The translations under genes and the position numbers were made by a program. DNA of 64,000 nt, taken from the NCBI RefSeq assembly GCF_009914755.1, contig NC_060942.1, one strand, 5' to 3'. This stretch comes from the human T2T-CHM13v2.0 reference genome, Homo sapiens. Under the pieces are notes generated by a model. It saw only the letters and a list, made by a program, of their open reading frames with translations, was not told the DNA's origin and did no database searches. This document shows, piece by piece, positions 1 to 16,520 of this stretch; positions within the stretch are counted from its first letter, which is position 1, and each line of letters opens with the position of its first letter.

Positions 1-1982
1 TGACTCCTGGATCTGTGTGATGTCTGTACATCCCAGTTTCTCCAGCCGATGTGTGACCAACAGTACCTATATTTTAACTGGGAATTGTAAAGAAGAAAAT
101 GAGAGGGCAGTTGCCAAGAGGCTTACTAGCCACTGACCAACATGATGTAATTCGCAAACTAATTCATAATGCAGGGTCATAATAATGAGCTGCTGAATGA
201 TATGCTAGCAAAAAGAAGACGAACCTCCCTAAGGAGTTAGAAAAGAAATCAGAGAAAAGCTGGAGTGTGTTTGTGTGTTTGCATGTGTGTATGAATGAAT
301 GATGTTTGAACAATTACAAAAGAAAAGGAGGACCCTAGGGATTGACAGGCAGGATGGTAAATGATAGATGAAGTTTCCAGAAACGGAAGTAGGAGATCAG
401 TGGGTACAAACCAAATTTGAGAGAGTGGGCAGCATGCTGGGAATCCCAGTTAAGGCATCTTTCTTTGACCTTATGAAAGAAAAAATTCTGTTTTAAATTG
501 AAAAACTATACTTTGTTTTATTAACTATTATTATTATTATTATTACTGTTTAATTAATTTCCAGGTTCTTTATCAAGAAGATACTTTTTGTTTTTTCCAC
601 TTTACGAAGGTAAATCAGAATAAATACCTGCCTCCAACCAATGAAATGTTAATTCATGTACTTAGCAGATAAATCACTTTAGTGTTGGCCTAAACTCTTC
701 ACCCTAGCATCCCCAGACCCCCTCACTGGAGAACACGAATTAATGAGCTACATAAAACCCTGCAACATTGTATTCTCAGTGTGGGCTTATGAGACAAATA
801 CCCAAGTAAAAGGTGAAAACAAGAAAATATTTAGCAGGAAGTTTAATTCTGTCTGAGGGATTAAAAATCGCTGTGTTAAGGCTCAACTGTTCTGTAGAGC
901 CACACACCTGGGGACCCTGAGACCTGAGAGCTAAGGTAAGTAAAGCCCTTTGGTTGGTGGTGAAAAGAATGAACAAGCAAGATTCTACTAGTTCTCAAGA
1001 GCTGTTATGAAATCCAAAAAAATGGTTCTTGGAATTTCAGGCTGTTGGCCCTCTGTTCTCTACTGAAAGATATCCCGTTGCAGCTAGGCAGTCCACTTTC
1101 TTCCTGCATGTTTTGGTACCAAGAAATGGTCTCTAATTTGTGCACACTGTTGGCCATAAATAGCTGATGGTTTGTACACACCATTTCAATTTCATTATAA
1201 TGCTTTTCAAATTTTCATTCTTTGAAATTTTTAAGTTTTCATTCTTAAGTGAGCCATCAAAGCCTTATAATGCAGAAGAGTGAGGGGAAAAGATTTGGTG
1301 TTTTAATTTTAGACAGCAGTTGTCAGTTTGGAGAGAAAACATTTGAGGAGGTAGGTGAGAGAGATAGGGAAAGAGAGCCAGGGAATGTGTTGGGCCACTA
1401 AAGCCAGGCCAACCACAAATACATTCACCATGGAGAAGTAAATCTGACCCTCAATTCCATCTATCTACATGACAACTGTTCTCCTTCAAATGGTGGTTCA
1501 CGTTCATATAATAAAAACATCTAAGAAATGGGGCTGAATGTGTCTTACTTCAATGTTTATGAGAGTGTTCTGGAAGGAATTTTTTCTCCAATATATAAGA
1601 ATTCAGCATGCCTAGCAGAGAGGATTTGGTAAGGGGCAGAGAGAAGCATTTTTTGTCATTATGTTAATGTACCATCCCAGCTTCACTATTGATGCCAACA
1701 GCCCTCAGGATGGGAGGTTTTCTCTCACTCCCAGGTCAATTCCTCTGCGTGTGTTGCACAGAGAGTCCCCTTCAACAGGGAGCCTTGACTCGTGAACATA
1801 GACCTATATACGGGGCCATTCCCACGCACATAAGAAACAGTAATCTCAGGACTGTTTCCTATTTTTTATATTTCAAATCCAGGCTGTGGGTTTTTCAGTT
1901 GGAGCTATTTGATTTCATTCAGGGACAGCAGTGTAAGGGAAGCTGGAAAACTGTTCCACCAGGCTTCAAGCATATGCCTGGA

Positions 1983-2036
1983 TTTGTTTACCATAAACAA
2001 AGTCTTCTCAGTGACTGTTACTGTCACCATAGCAAC
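1983..2036. promoter_or_regulatory. Candidate enhancer motif cluster: palindromic forkhead (FOX) sites plus an RFX X-box
   Basis: TTTGTTTA-CCA-TAAACAAA (1983-2001) is a perfect inverted pair of forkhead-like cores. GTCACCATAGCAAC (2023-2036) fits the RFX X-box pattern. The surrounding DNA is non-repetitive. Confidence 0.35.
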
Positions 2037-2599
2037 AAGATTGAGGTTACATCTATCAACAAAGCACCACATAAGGCGAAGGCGAGCAGTTAATAAAGAA
2101 GAGCAATGATAATTACACAGCCGCCGGCCGCCAGCTCAAACACGGAGGCCTTTTTTTTTCCCCCAAATTCTAGTTCCATTTTCAATGTAGACATGGAAAG
2201 TATAACTCAAAAGGCATTGGATGCCCATTTCTGGAGTTGTCTGGGAGATGAAAAAATAAACAGCTGGAACTTCTTCACAGATCTTAGCTCCATGGCATAA
2301 CTCTATTAGTAGGTTTACTTACCTCAGTAGGGTAAAACTGCCTCATTAATGATTAAGAAAAAGAAATCAGAAATGTCTGTGGAAAAATCAATTTCTGATT
2401 TAAAATACAAATATTAAAACAAAAACCCAGAGATCAAGAATGGGCTTACAGAGGAAAGTGAAATTAAATGGACATAATTTCCTGTGCTCTTCATTGAGAT
2501 GAGTAGGTTTAGGTGAACAGGCCTCCACCTATGCACATTTTGGGCAAGATTTCATTGGCTATTTGGGGTCTTTTGTGGTTCCGTGCAAATTTTAGGATT

Positions 2600-3061
2600 A
2601 AAATTTTTATTTTACTCTACATTCAAAGGGTACATGTGCAGGATTCTTCCATGGATATATTGCCTGATGCTGAGGTTTGGGCTTCTAATGATCCTAACAT
2701 CCAAGCAGTGAACATAGTATCTGATAGGTGGTTTTCCTATCTTTCCCCCTTCTCTCCCTCTCCACTGTTAGAATCCTTAGTGTTTATTGCTCCCATCTTT
2801 GTGTCTGTGTGTACCCAATGTCTAGCTCCCATTTATAGTAAAAACATGCAGTTTTTGGTTTGCTGTTTCTGTGTTAATTCACTTAAGATAATGGCCTGCA
2901 GCTGTATTCATGTTCCTGCAAAGGATATGATTGTGTTCTTTTTTATAGCTGCATAGAATTCCATGGTGTATATTTACCACATTTTTAAAAATCCAATCCA
3001 CTGTTGATGGAAACCTGGGTAGATTTTATGTCTTTGCTATTGTGAATAGTATTACTATAAA
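2600..3061 (-). mobile_element. L1 3' end (old primate L1PA15-17-like), 3' moiety of the U6/L1 chimera
   Basis: Antisense L1 3'UTR (gggtacatgtgcagg...tgatgctgaggtttggg...) running into ORF2 3' end (catggtgtatatttaccacatt...gctattgtgaatagt). T-rich decayed tail at ~2600-2613. Confidence 0.85.
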
Positions 3062-3168
3062 AAAAGTGTGCAATGCTTTATGAATTTGCATATCATCCTT
3101 GCACAGGAGCCATGCTAATCTTTTCTATGTTGTTCCAATTTCAGTAGATGTGGTGCCCAAGCAAGCAA
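3062..3168 (-). pseudogene. RNU6: Full-length U6 snRNA pseudogene (5' moiety of a U6/L1 chimeric retrogene)
   Basis: Ungapped match to the reverse complement of the 107-nt U6 snRNA, about 20 mismatches by manual count, several at CpG; e.g. tcatccttgcacaggagccatgctaatctt. No upstream U6 promoter, because the flank is host L1M. Confidence 0.95.
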
Positions 3169-4008
3169 AATTTTAGAATTTTTTCCCTATATCTATGAAA
3201 AATGACATTAGAATTTTAATAAGGATTGCACTGAATCTCTGGATCCCTTTGGGTAGTATGGACATTTAAATATTAATTCAATCCATGAAAACAAGATGTC
3301 TTTCCATTTATTAATATTTGTGTAATCTTTAATTTATTTCCTCAGTGTTTATTGTTTCTGGTATAAGGCTCTTTCACTTCCTTGGTCACGTTTACTCCCA
3401 GTAGCTTATTGGTTTATTTATGTTTGATGCAATTGTAAATTGAATAGATCCCTTAATTTTTTTCACATAGTTCAATTTTGTGGCTAAATCATCCTTTCAG
3501 CTTAATATAATCCACTGTTGCTAACAAAGTAATTGTTTATACTCCAAAATATCTAGGGTATCTTCAGAGACCCTCTGCAAGCTGCTATGACTCATCTATA
3601 CTCAAATGTCTGGGAAATCTTGGTCAACCTTATTCCCCAACCCTAATGATCATATTGTAAAAATACATAGGCCAATAACCTATATAAAACATAAAGGCCA
3701 GGGACCTAACTGGACAAAAGATGGTTTTTAGAGTTGCCTTGAGAACCTCTTACCTCACCTATCTTCCAGTGGTGCCTCTTCCCAGCTGCAGTCTTATCTG
3801 AACACTCTTGTTTACCAAAGATTAAGCCTTGAATATGCCTTTTAGATACACAATAGCCATACTTCCCAGCTTCCCAGAACACTTCTCCAGACAAGGCGTA
3901 GAACATGCCATGAACAGGTAAACATGACAGTCATGAAAGAGATTGAAAGTAATTCTGGGTCTGACATAAGGAGCACTTGGGAAAATTTTAACATTCTGAT
4001 TCCTAATC

Positions 4009-4049
<41 letters not shown>
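4009..4049. repeat. Compound (AT)n(AG)n microsatellite
   Basis: atatatatatatata followed by gagagagagagagagagagagagaga. Confidence 0.95.
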
Positions 4050-4051
<2 letters not shown>

Positions 4052-4899
4052 GCCATCTTAGTTATTCCCAGGACTTCCTTTGATGTGGGGAACTCATCCC
4101 ACTTACAGCCTTGGTTCTGTTACTTTCCCATTTCTCCAGCTGGCGTGACTTCACTGTGTCTCCGGGGTGCTGTACCTACTGTAGCTTTTCTGAAAAAATG
4201 TAGGCGGATTTGTTTTCTTCTTCTCCCCAAAATTCCCGCATTAATCATCAGCCAAATTTGATAAAAAATTATTTTTCTTTTTCTTTTTGTTTTTAAGCAA
4301 AAGCATTTAAAATAAAACTTGCTAAGATGCTATGGAAAAATAAATAATAAAAGGAAAACATCAAAGCAAATTGCAGTTTTCTGATTCTGTGATGACAAGT
4401 GACCTAAATAGTGAGGTATTCAGACTCCTGGTTCATATTCGACTCCTGATGAGTTGAGTCCTGGTACAGTCTATCTAGAAAAATCGTCCTGTAGAAATAT
4501 TTTTTGGTATGTGAGACTCTATTTCTTTACTCCTTGCCCTAAACAAGCTCTGGGGATTGACCACCTGTTACATAAGTTCTTGCTGCAATGGGCATTTAGG
4601 GGCTTCTCTAATTATCAGCCTCTGGGGGCAGAAATACTTTAACTGTCTCAACATCTCCCACCACTTCCAGTTTCAGGTCTGCACCCACTGACATCATTGT
4701 ATATTACTTTTATCTGGAAATCTCTAGTTCGTGCCCTTAGAAATACTAATGTAGGCCTTTACCATTCATTTATCTAAGCTAGAGTCCTGTTATATATCAT
4801 GTTCCCTTTCATATGGCTCAGGTCACTAACATTCTTAAAATATACTAAGGTTACTTTTCAGCTAGGAGTAGCTGCTGCCCTTGGAAAATTCCTTCAGAA

Positions 4900-6389
4900 T
4901 TGTAGGTTAAAAGCATTATTAATATTTTTCCCTTTTTGTGGCTTCTCTTGTCCGTCATTAAATCTTCTCTGATGAATATATGTATAAATATTCTTTATTC
5001 TGATAAAGTTAATTTTATGAGTTTTTCCTCTGTGATTATTTTAGTGCCCTGTATTCTCCCATATTATCTTCAAGAAATTTCATTATTTTTCTTTTTCACT
5101 TTAGATTGACAATAAATCGGTATTTGATATTTGTGAATGTATGAGTAGGGGTCAATTTTATTATTTTTTCATAGGAATAGTTGACTGTCCAATCATATTC
5201 ATTAAAAGACTGTTCATTTTATACTTCGCTGCAGTGTCACGACTGTCATCATAGGTCCATATTATCATTGTCCTGTTTCTAGACTCCATTTATTTGGCCT
5301 TTTGTTATTCTTAGCTTAACTGTATGATGATCTAATTTCTGTAGATTTAAAAGTATTGATATCTAATATAAAATGCATTCACTCAGTTTTTCCTTTTTAA
5401 AGGCTTTTTCAACTCTTCTTGGCTCTTTCCATTATCACATACATTTTAGAATCAGTTCATTAAGTTATAAGATACACACACACACACACACACAACCCCC
5501 AGAAGAAAAAGCAAACTTTCACAATATTGATTGATATTGAATCAAATTCATAGATTGGTTCAGAGATAATTCACATTTTTCATCCTTTTACTATGATTGT
5601 CTCCTATTTATTAAAGTTTTTGTTTGTGGCAATAATATTTTTATAGTTTTCTGTTTAGAAGTCTTGTATATATTCTGTTAAATTTATTTCTAAGCATTTG
5701 ATTTTTTTCTGATTATAAATGGCATTTTGAAGATCATGCTTTCTTATTTTTCATTGCTTGAATATAAAAATACAATTTTTTTAAAAAAATATTGACTTTG
5801 TAACTACAAATCTTGCTATACTAATGTGTCAGTTCTGATAACTTATCTGTAGATTCTGGTGAATTTTCTTGTGGATTATATCTTCTACAAATAATGACTT
5901 TTTTTTTGAGAAAGTCTCACCATGTCGTCCAGGCTGGAGTGCTGTGGCATGATCTTGGCTCACTGCAGCCTCGATCTTTTGGACTCAAGCAATCCTCCCA
6001 GCTTAGCACCTCAAGTAGCTAGGACTTTGGTGTGCATTGCTACGCCTGACTTACTTTTTTTTTCTTTTTGTTGAAATGAGGTATCCCTATGTTGCCCAGG
6101 CATGTCTCAAACTCTTTGGCTTTTATTTAGGTTTTTTCATCCTGAAAAAGTTATTTATTGTTTTGTTTTGTTTTTTTTTTTTAACTAAGATTTCCAGAAC
6201 AATAGTGAGTGAAAGCATTTGTACTGGGAATTCTTGTCATTCAACATTTTATTATTACACATGATGGTTGTTGTAAATGATTTTTCTACTTATATTTTAT
6301 CAGATTAATGTAGTGTTCTTCTGAATTTAGGATGCTAGCGCATTTTTTTAATCATTACTGTGAGATGAAATTATTTAAAAAATACTTTA
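4900..6389 (-). mobile_element. Ancient L1M (L1MC/ME-like) ORF2 region, left part of the host of the L1PA6
   Basis: Degenerate antisense L1 ORF2 text (gtatgagtaggggtc...; ttgattgatattgaatcaaattcatag; ...ttttttaatcattactgtgagatgaaattatt). Boundaries approximate. Confidence 0.65.
5898..6114 (-). mobile_element. AluJ-like, 5'-truncated
   Basis: Poly-T then gagaaagtctcaccatgtcgtccaggctggagtg...caagcaatcctccca...tatgttgcccaggc. Confidence 0.85.
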
Positions 6390-7406
6390 GGGGTGTTCCA
6401 AGATGGCTGAATAGGAACAGCTCCAGTCTGCAGCTCTCAGTGTGATTGATGCAGGAGATGGGTGATTTCTGACTTTCCAACTGAGGTACTTTGTTCATCT
6501 CACTGGGACTGATTGGACAGTGGGTGCAGCCCACAGAGGGTGAGCTGAAGCGGGGTGGGGCGTCGCCTCACCCAGGAAGCACAAGGGGTCAGGGGATTCC
6601 CTTTCCTAGCCAAGAGAAGTTGTGACAGAGTACTTGGAAAAATGGGACAATCCTGCCAAAATACTGTGCTTTTCCCAAGGTCTTAGCAACTGGCAGGCAA
6701 GGTGATTCTCTCTTGTACCTGGTTCAGCAGGTCCCACGCCCATGGAGCCTTGCTCACTGCTAGCACAGCAGACTGAGATTGATCTGCAAGGCTACAGGGT
6801 GGCATCCTGGCTTGGGGAGGGGTGTCCACCATTGCTGAGGCTTGAGTAGGTAAACAAAGCAGTCAGGAACTGAACTGGGCAGAGCCCACCACAACTCAAC
6901 AAGGCCTACTCCCTCTAGACTCCACCTCTGTGGGCAGGACATAGCTGAACAAAAGGCAGCAAACAACTTCTGCAGACTTAAACATCCCTGTCTGACAGCT
7001 CTGAAGAGAGCAGTCATTCTCCCAGCATGGCGTTTGAGTGCTGAGAACGGACAGACTGCCTCCTTAAGTGGGTCCCTGACACCCTTGTAGCCTAACTGGG
7101 AGACACCTCCCAGTAGGGGCTGACAGACACTTCATATAGGTGGCTGCCCCACTGGAATGAACTTCCAGAGGAAGGATTAGGCAGCAATATTTGCTGTTAT
7201 GCAGCCTCTGCTGGTGATACCCAGGCAAACAGGGTCTGGAGTGGAACTTCAGCAAACTCCAACAGACCTGCAGCTGAGGTACTTGACTGTTAGAAGGAAA
7301 ACTAACAGAAAGGGATGGCATCCACATCAACAAAAAGGTCATCTACACCAAAACCCCATCTGTAGGTCACCAATATCAAAGACCAAAGGTAGATAAAACC
7401 ACAAAG

Positions 7407-8427
7407 ATGGGAGAAACAAGAGCAGAAAAGCTGAAAATTCTAAAAATCAGAGTGCTTCTTCTCCTCCAAAGGATCACAGCTCCTCGCCAGCAACGGAACA
7501 AAGCTGGATGGAGAATGAATTTGACAAGTTGACAGAAGTAGGCTTCAGAAAGTCAGTAATAACAAACTTCTGCGAGCTAAAGGAGGATGTTTGAACCCAT
7601 GGCAAGGAAGCTAAAAACCTTGAAAAAAGATTAGACGAATGGCTAACTAGAATAAACAGTGTAGAGAAGACCTTAAATGACCTGATGGAGCTGAAAACCA
7701 TGGCACGAGAACTTCGTGATGCATACACAAGTTTCAGTAGCCGATTCAATCAAGTGGAAGAAAGGATATCCGTGATTGGAGATCAAATTAATGAAATACA
7801 GCGACATGAGAAGTTTAGAGAAAAAAAGAGTAAAAAGAAATGAACAAAGCCTCCAAGAAATATGGGAATACATGAAAAGACCAAATCTATGTTTGATTGG
7901 TGTACCTGAAAGTGATGGGGAGAATGGAACCAAGTTAGAAAACACTCTTCGGGATATTATCCAGGAGAACTTCCCCAACCTAGCAAGGCAGGCAAACATT
8001 CAAATTCAGGAAATACAGAGAACACCACAAAGATACCCCTCGAGAAGAGCAACCCCAAGACACATAATTATCAGATTCACCAAGGTTGAAATGAAGGAAA
8101 AAGTGTTAACGGCAGCCAGAGAGAAAGATCGAGTTACCCACAAAGGGATTCCCATTAGACTAACAGCAGATCTCTCAGCAGAAACTCTACAAGCCAGAAG
8201 AGGGTGGGGGCCAATATTCAACATTCTTAAATAAAAGAATTTTCAAACCTGAATTTATGAAGAAACTAAGCTTCATAAGTGAAGGAGAAATAAAATCCTT
8301 TACAGACAAGCAATTGATGAGAGATTTTGTCACCACCAGACCTGCCTTACAAGAGCTCCTCAAGGAAGCACTAAACATGGAAAGAAACAACCAGTACCAG
8401 TCACTGCAAAAACATGCCAAATTGTAA
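7407..8427 (+). pseudogene. L1 ORF1p (RNA-binding chaperone) remnant with frameshifts and stops
   Basis: ATG at 7407, TAA at 8425-8427. ORF 7776-8234 gives ORF1p peptide EQSLQEIWEYMKRPNLCLIGVPE...RRATPRHIIIRF. Confidence 0.9.
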
Positions 8428-8486
8428 AGACCATCGATGCTATGAAGAAACTGCATCAATTAACGGGCAAAATAGAAAAAATAATA

Positions 8487-12309
<3,823 letters not shown>

Positions 12310-12522
12310 ACAATAAGATCACTTGGACACAGGAAGGGGAACATCACACACCAGGGCCTGTCGTGGAGTGGGGAGCTGGGGGAGGGATAGCATTAGGAGA
12401 AATACCTAATGTAAATGATGAGTTGATGGGTGCAGCAAACCAACATGGCACACGTATACCTATGTATCAAATCTGCACGTTGTGCACATGTACCCTAGAA
12501 CTTTAAGTACATAAAAAGGTTA

Positions 12523-12814
<292 letters not shown>

Positions 12815-12938
12815 AAAAAGGTTAAAAAAAAAGAAAATAGTATGTTTGAGATGATCAACATGTAAAAATTGAAGCGCCTAATAATAATTAAAATGAGAGC
12901 TACTAATTTAAAAAACTAAAAATAAAAAAGACACTTTA

Positions 12939-15100
12939 AGATGATCATATGATTGTCATCAATTTTTATATTAATACAGTCAATTACATTAATATTTTGA
13001 AATAGTCAAATATACAGACTAATTTTGAATTAGTCATGCTACCTTATACACACAAACACACACACTTATTTTTCTGTAGATTTTTATTAATCTTTTCTAT
13101 ATTGGCTAAATTTTTTCTATTTGCTGCTATGCTTATCATGTTTATATATAAAGGATACCTCATAAAGTAGTTTGAAATTGTTTCTTTTTTAAAATTTTCT
13201 GAAAGAATTTGTGGCATATTAGCATTGTTTCTTTCCTAAATGTTTAATAGAATTCACCAGTGGTACCTATAGAACTACTTTGATTTTCTATTCCTTTTGG
13301 GATTAGATTTGAAATTTATATTTTTCTATACATTTAATTATTTCAAATTTAATCCTCAATATTTCAAATTATTTTGCGTAAGGTTTTCCATATTATCATC
13401 ATATCATCTATTAACTGTTTATAAAATTTATGCTGAGGACCACTTTATTATTTCTAACTTTAATTTTTTTGGTCATGATTATTCTTGTATGAGGGTATGA
13501 GTTTAAAGTGTCCTTCCAGTTTTAAACTTTGAAGATAATTTACCTAGTATGTATGTATTTTATTTTATTAATCTTTACCATTATTTTCATTTCCTTCTTC
13601 ACACTTTATTAGGATTTTTTTTGTTCTATTTCTAATTTCTTTATGTTCAGCTGTTCTTTTAAAAAATACATTGCTTAATTCTACACATTTTTCTCTAAAT
13701 ATGAATTTGTTTTATTAATACGTTTTAATATAATTAACTGAAAAATTATTTTTCCTCCTATTTTTTGATCAATGATTTATTTTTGAAGCTCACTTTTTAT
13801 TTTTTAAACAGTATATTCTGATTAATTTTTGTTACTTATTGCCAGCTGAATTGCATTGTGGTTAGAGTACCCACTCAGTATTATTTTAGTGCTTTGACAT
13901 TTGCTGAGACTAATGTATGGCACAATGTAAGGTTAAATTATTTCAAATCTTTCTATGTATTTTTGACAATTGTGCATTTTGACGTTGTTGGTTAAATACC
14001 AGTTAGGTCAAGTTTTGCAATTATAGTACTTGAATTTTGTATTAATATATGCTTGCTCTTTACTCATTTATTGATATTTACAAAGGTATCAATTCATTTA
14101 TTAATATTTATTGATGCTATTTATTAATTTATTGACATTTATATCAGACCATCTTACACTACTCATTATGTCCCTTTTTCTATCTTCTGTATATTTAATC
14201 TATTTCTTTCTCATAGTCTTCACAATGTATATTTTCTTTGGTCTTCTCTTTCAGTTTATTAATTCAAGTTTTAGCTATAAACTCAGATATAAACTCAGCC
14301 ACTAAGTTCTAAATTATTGTTTTTACATTTTTTATTTTTAAAATTTTCAATAGACTTTATGGAATGTCCAGTTTCCTGCCAGTATTTTCACTTTTGTCTC
14401 TTATTTACCTGCACATATCATGCATAATTATTTTAAAGTATGAATCTGATAACTTCAATATTTAAAGTCCTTTTTTTTTCCTACTTTTTGTTATTTCTTT
14501 TGTAAGCATCTCTCCCCCAACTACCATGTTTTTTGTCTTTTAGTGGTCGTGGTTTATTTTGGATAGTGTACTTGACATTTCGTTTGAAAAATTGTTTTAA
14601 GATATAATTTGAGGCCTAGAATGCTGTACTCTTACTCAAGATAGTGTATTTCTTTGCTTCTTCCAGGTACTTGGGTATAGTAGCATTCCTGGATCACTTC
14701 AATCCTAATTTCAGAGAGTGAGATTATTCAACATTGAACTAAAATTCCCATGAAGTTTTGTCTAATTCTAGTGCACTCTTACTCCTATGATAAAATAAAT
14801 CAGAATCAGACTTAAAACCTACAGGTTCACCATTGTCATCTCATTTTGGAGAGACCTGGACTGAGACACCTGCACATCTAGGCCATTTATACTATTGAAA
14901 GCACATCCTAGCCTCTTAGTTTCTTAGCTTTCCTCTTTCACCTAAAGGAATAGTGTCCATAAATATTAGATTTATTTTCCTGGTTATCTTTCTTACCCTG
15001 AAATCTCACATGTTAATAGTTTGCTGACATATTAACTTGATGATACTCTCAATCATTTTCTTTCTTACATTTTGTGCAGTTTTCCTAGTTATACATTGTG
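12939..15100 (-). mobile_element. Ancient L1M continuation (right part of the host of the L1PA6)
   Basis: Resumes with agatgatcatatgatt...caattacatt, the antisense L1 ORF2 text expected after the left part. T-rich degenerate L1; right boundary approximate. Confidence 0.6.
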
Positions 15101-15129
15101 TATGGACTAGTCTTAATTATTGAGTCCAG

Positions 15130-15320
15130 TATGCATGAAACAGCACCTGTACAATTTATTTACCTACTTATTTTTTTTCTGTCTCCTCCATTAGATTATA
15201 AGGTCCATGAACAGAGAAACTGCCTCAATCCTTTTCATTACTCGAATACTAATATCTAGCTAGCATAACTCTTCTAATATAAAATGGTGTCCAATAAGTA
15301 TTTTGGAATGAATAAGTCAG
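15130..15320 (+). mobile_element. L2 3' end fragment
   Basis: ctgtctcctccattagattataaggtccatga...caataagtatttttggaatgaata, a typical L2 terminus. Confidence 0.55.
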
Positions 15321-15896
15321 AAATATATGACAATAATTAAACATCAGAAAATCAGGATTGGCCTTATTTCAAATTGCTTTACTTTTAATTTAGCATTTTT
15401 GGTTTCAATAAATGTATTGATTAGTATATTCAAACTTTAGTTGATATAAAATCATAAATCCTCGGTTTATATTCCTGATTATCTATTTTGAAAAATCATT
15501 TACTTTTTCAAGTTGTCAGTTTCTTTGTCAATATTAATACTCATTTCAGTAAAATCATTAATAAGATTTTACTGAAAATCAAAAGAAAATTTGGAAAAAC
15601 ACTTCACATGGTGACAGGAAGTGGTCATTCATTTACCGATGAGTCTATGCTATGTGTAAAATATTGTGAAAGAACCAAGGTAAGTACCAGGATAGACAAG
15701 GTTTCTGTCCTCTTGTAGCTTATATGTTACCAATAGAGACAACCAGTAAATAATTAATCACATGAGATATTACTTATTTAGATTTGTTTTGGCAGACATA
15801 AAGCATATAAGCACAGTACCACAGGAATAAATAACAAATAAAGCTGACCAAATCTGGGGAGTCTACCAAAATTTTCTCAAAGCAGTGATTGTTGCC

Positions 15897-16520
<624 letters not shown>

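Larger units (their letters stand above)
2537..3480 (-). mobile_element. Ancient L1M ORF2 fragment, split by the U6/L1 chimera (pieces ~2537-2599 and ~3168-3480)
   Basis: Antisense L1 ORF2-like text (ggctatttggggtcttttgtggttcc...aaattttaggatt / ...ggattgcactgaatct...gggtagtatggacattt) is continuous across the insertion. Confidence 0.75.

Noticed and set aside
898-935. Possible 38-nt plus-strand exon (ctgttctgtag ... AAG|gtaagt)
   Set aside because: Weak pyrimidine tract, no partner exons and no coding signal.
1689-2300. ORFs of 134, 66 and 64 aa in unique DNA
   Set aside because: No recognisable protein similarity, no convincing flanking splice sites, and lengths are compatible with chance.
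6683-6832. L1 antisense ORF0
   Set aside because: The ATG is present, but a small insertion near 6790 shifts the frame relative to the known ORF0 peptide and it terminates early.
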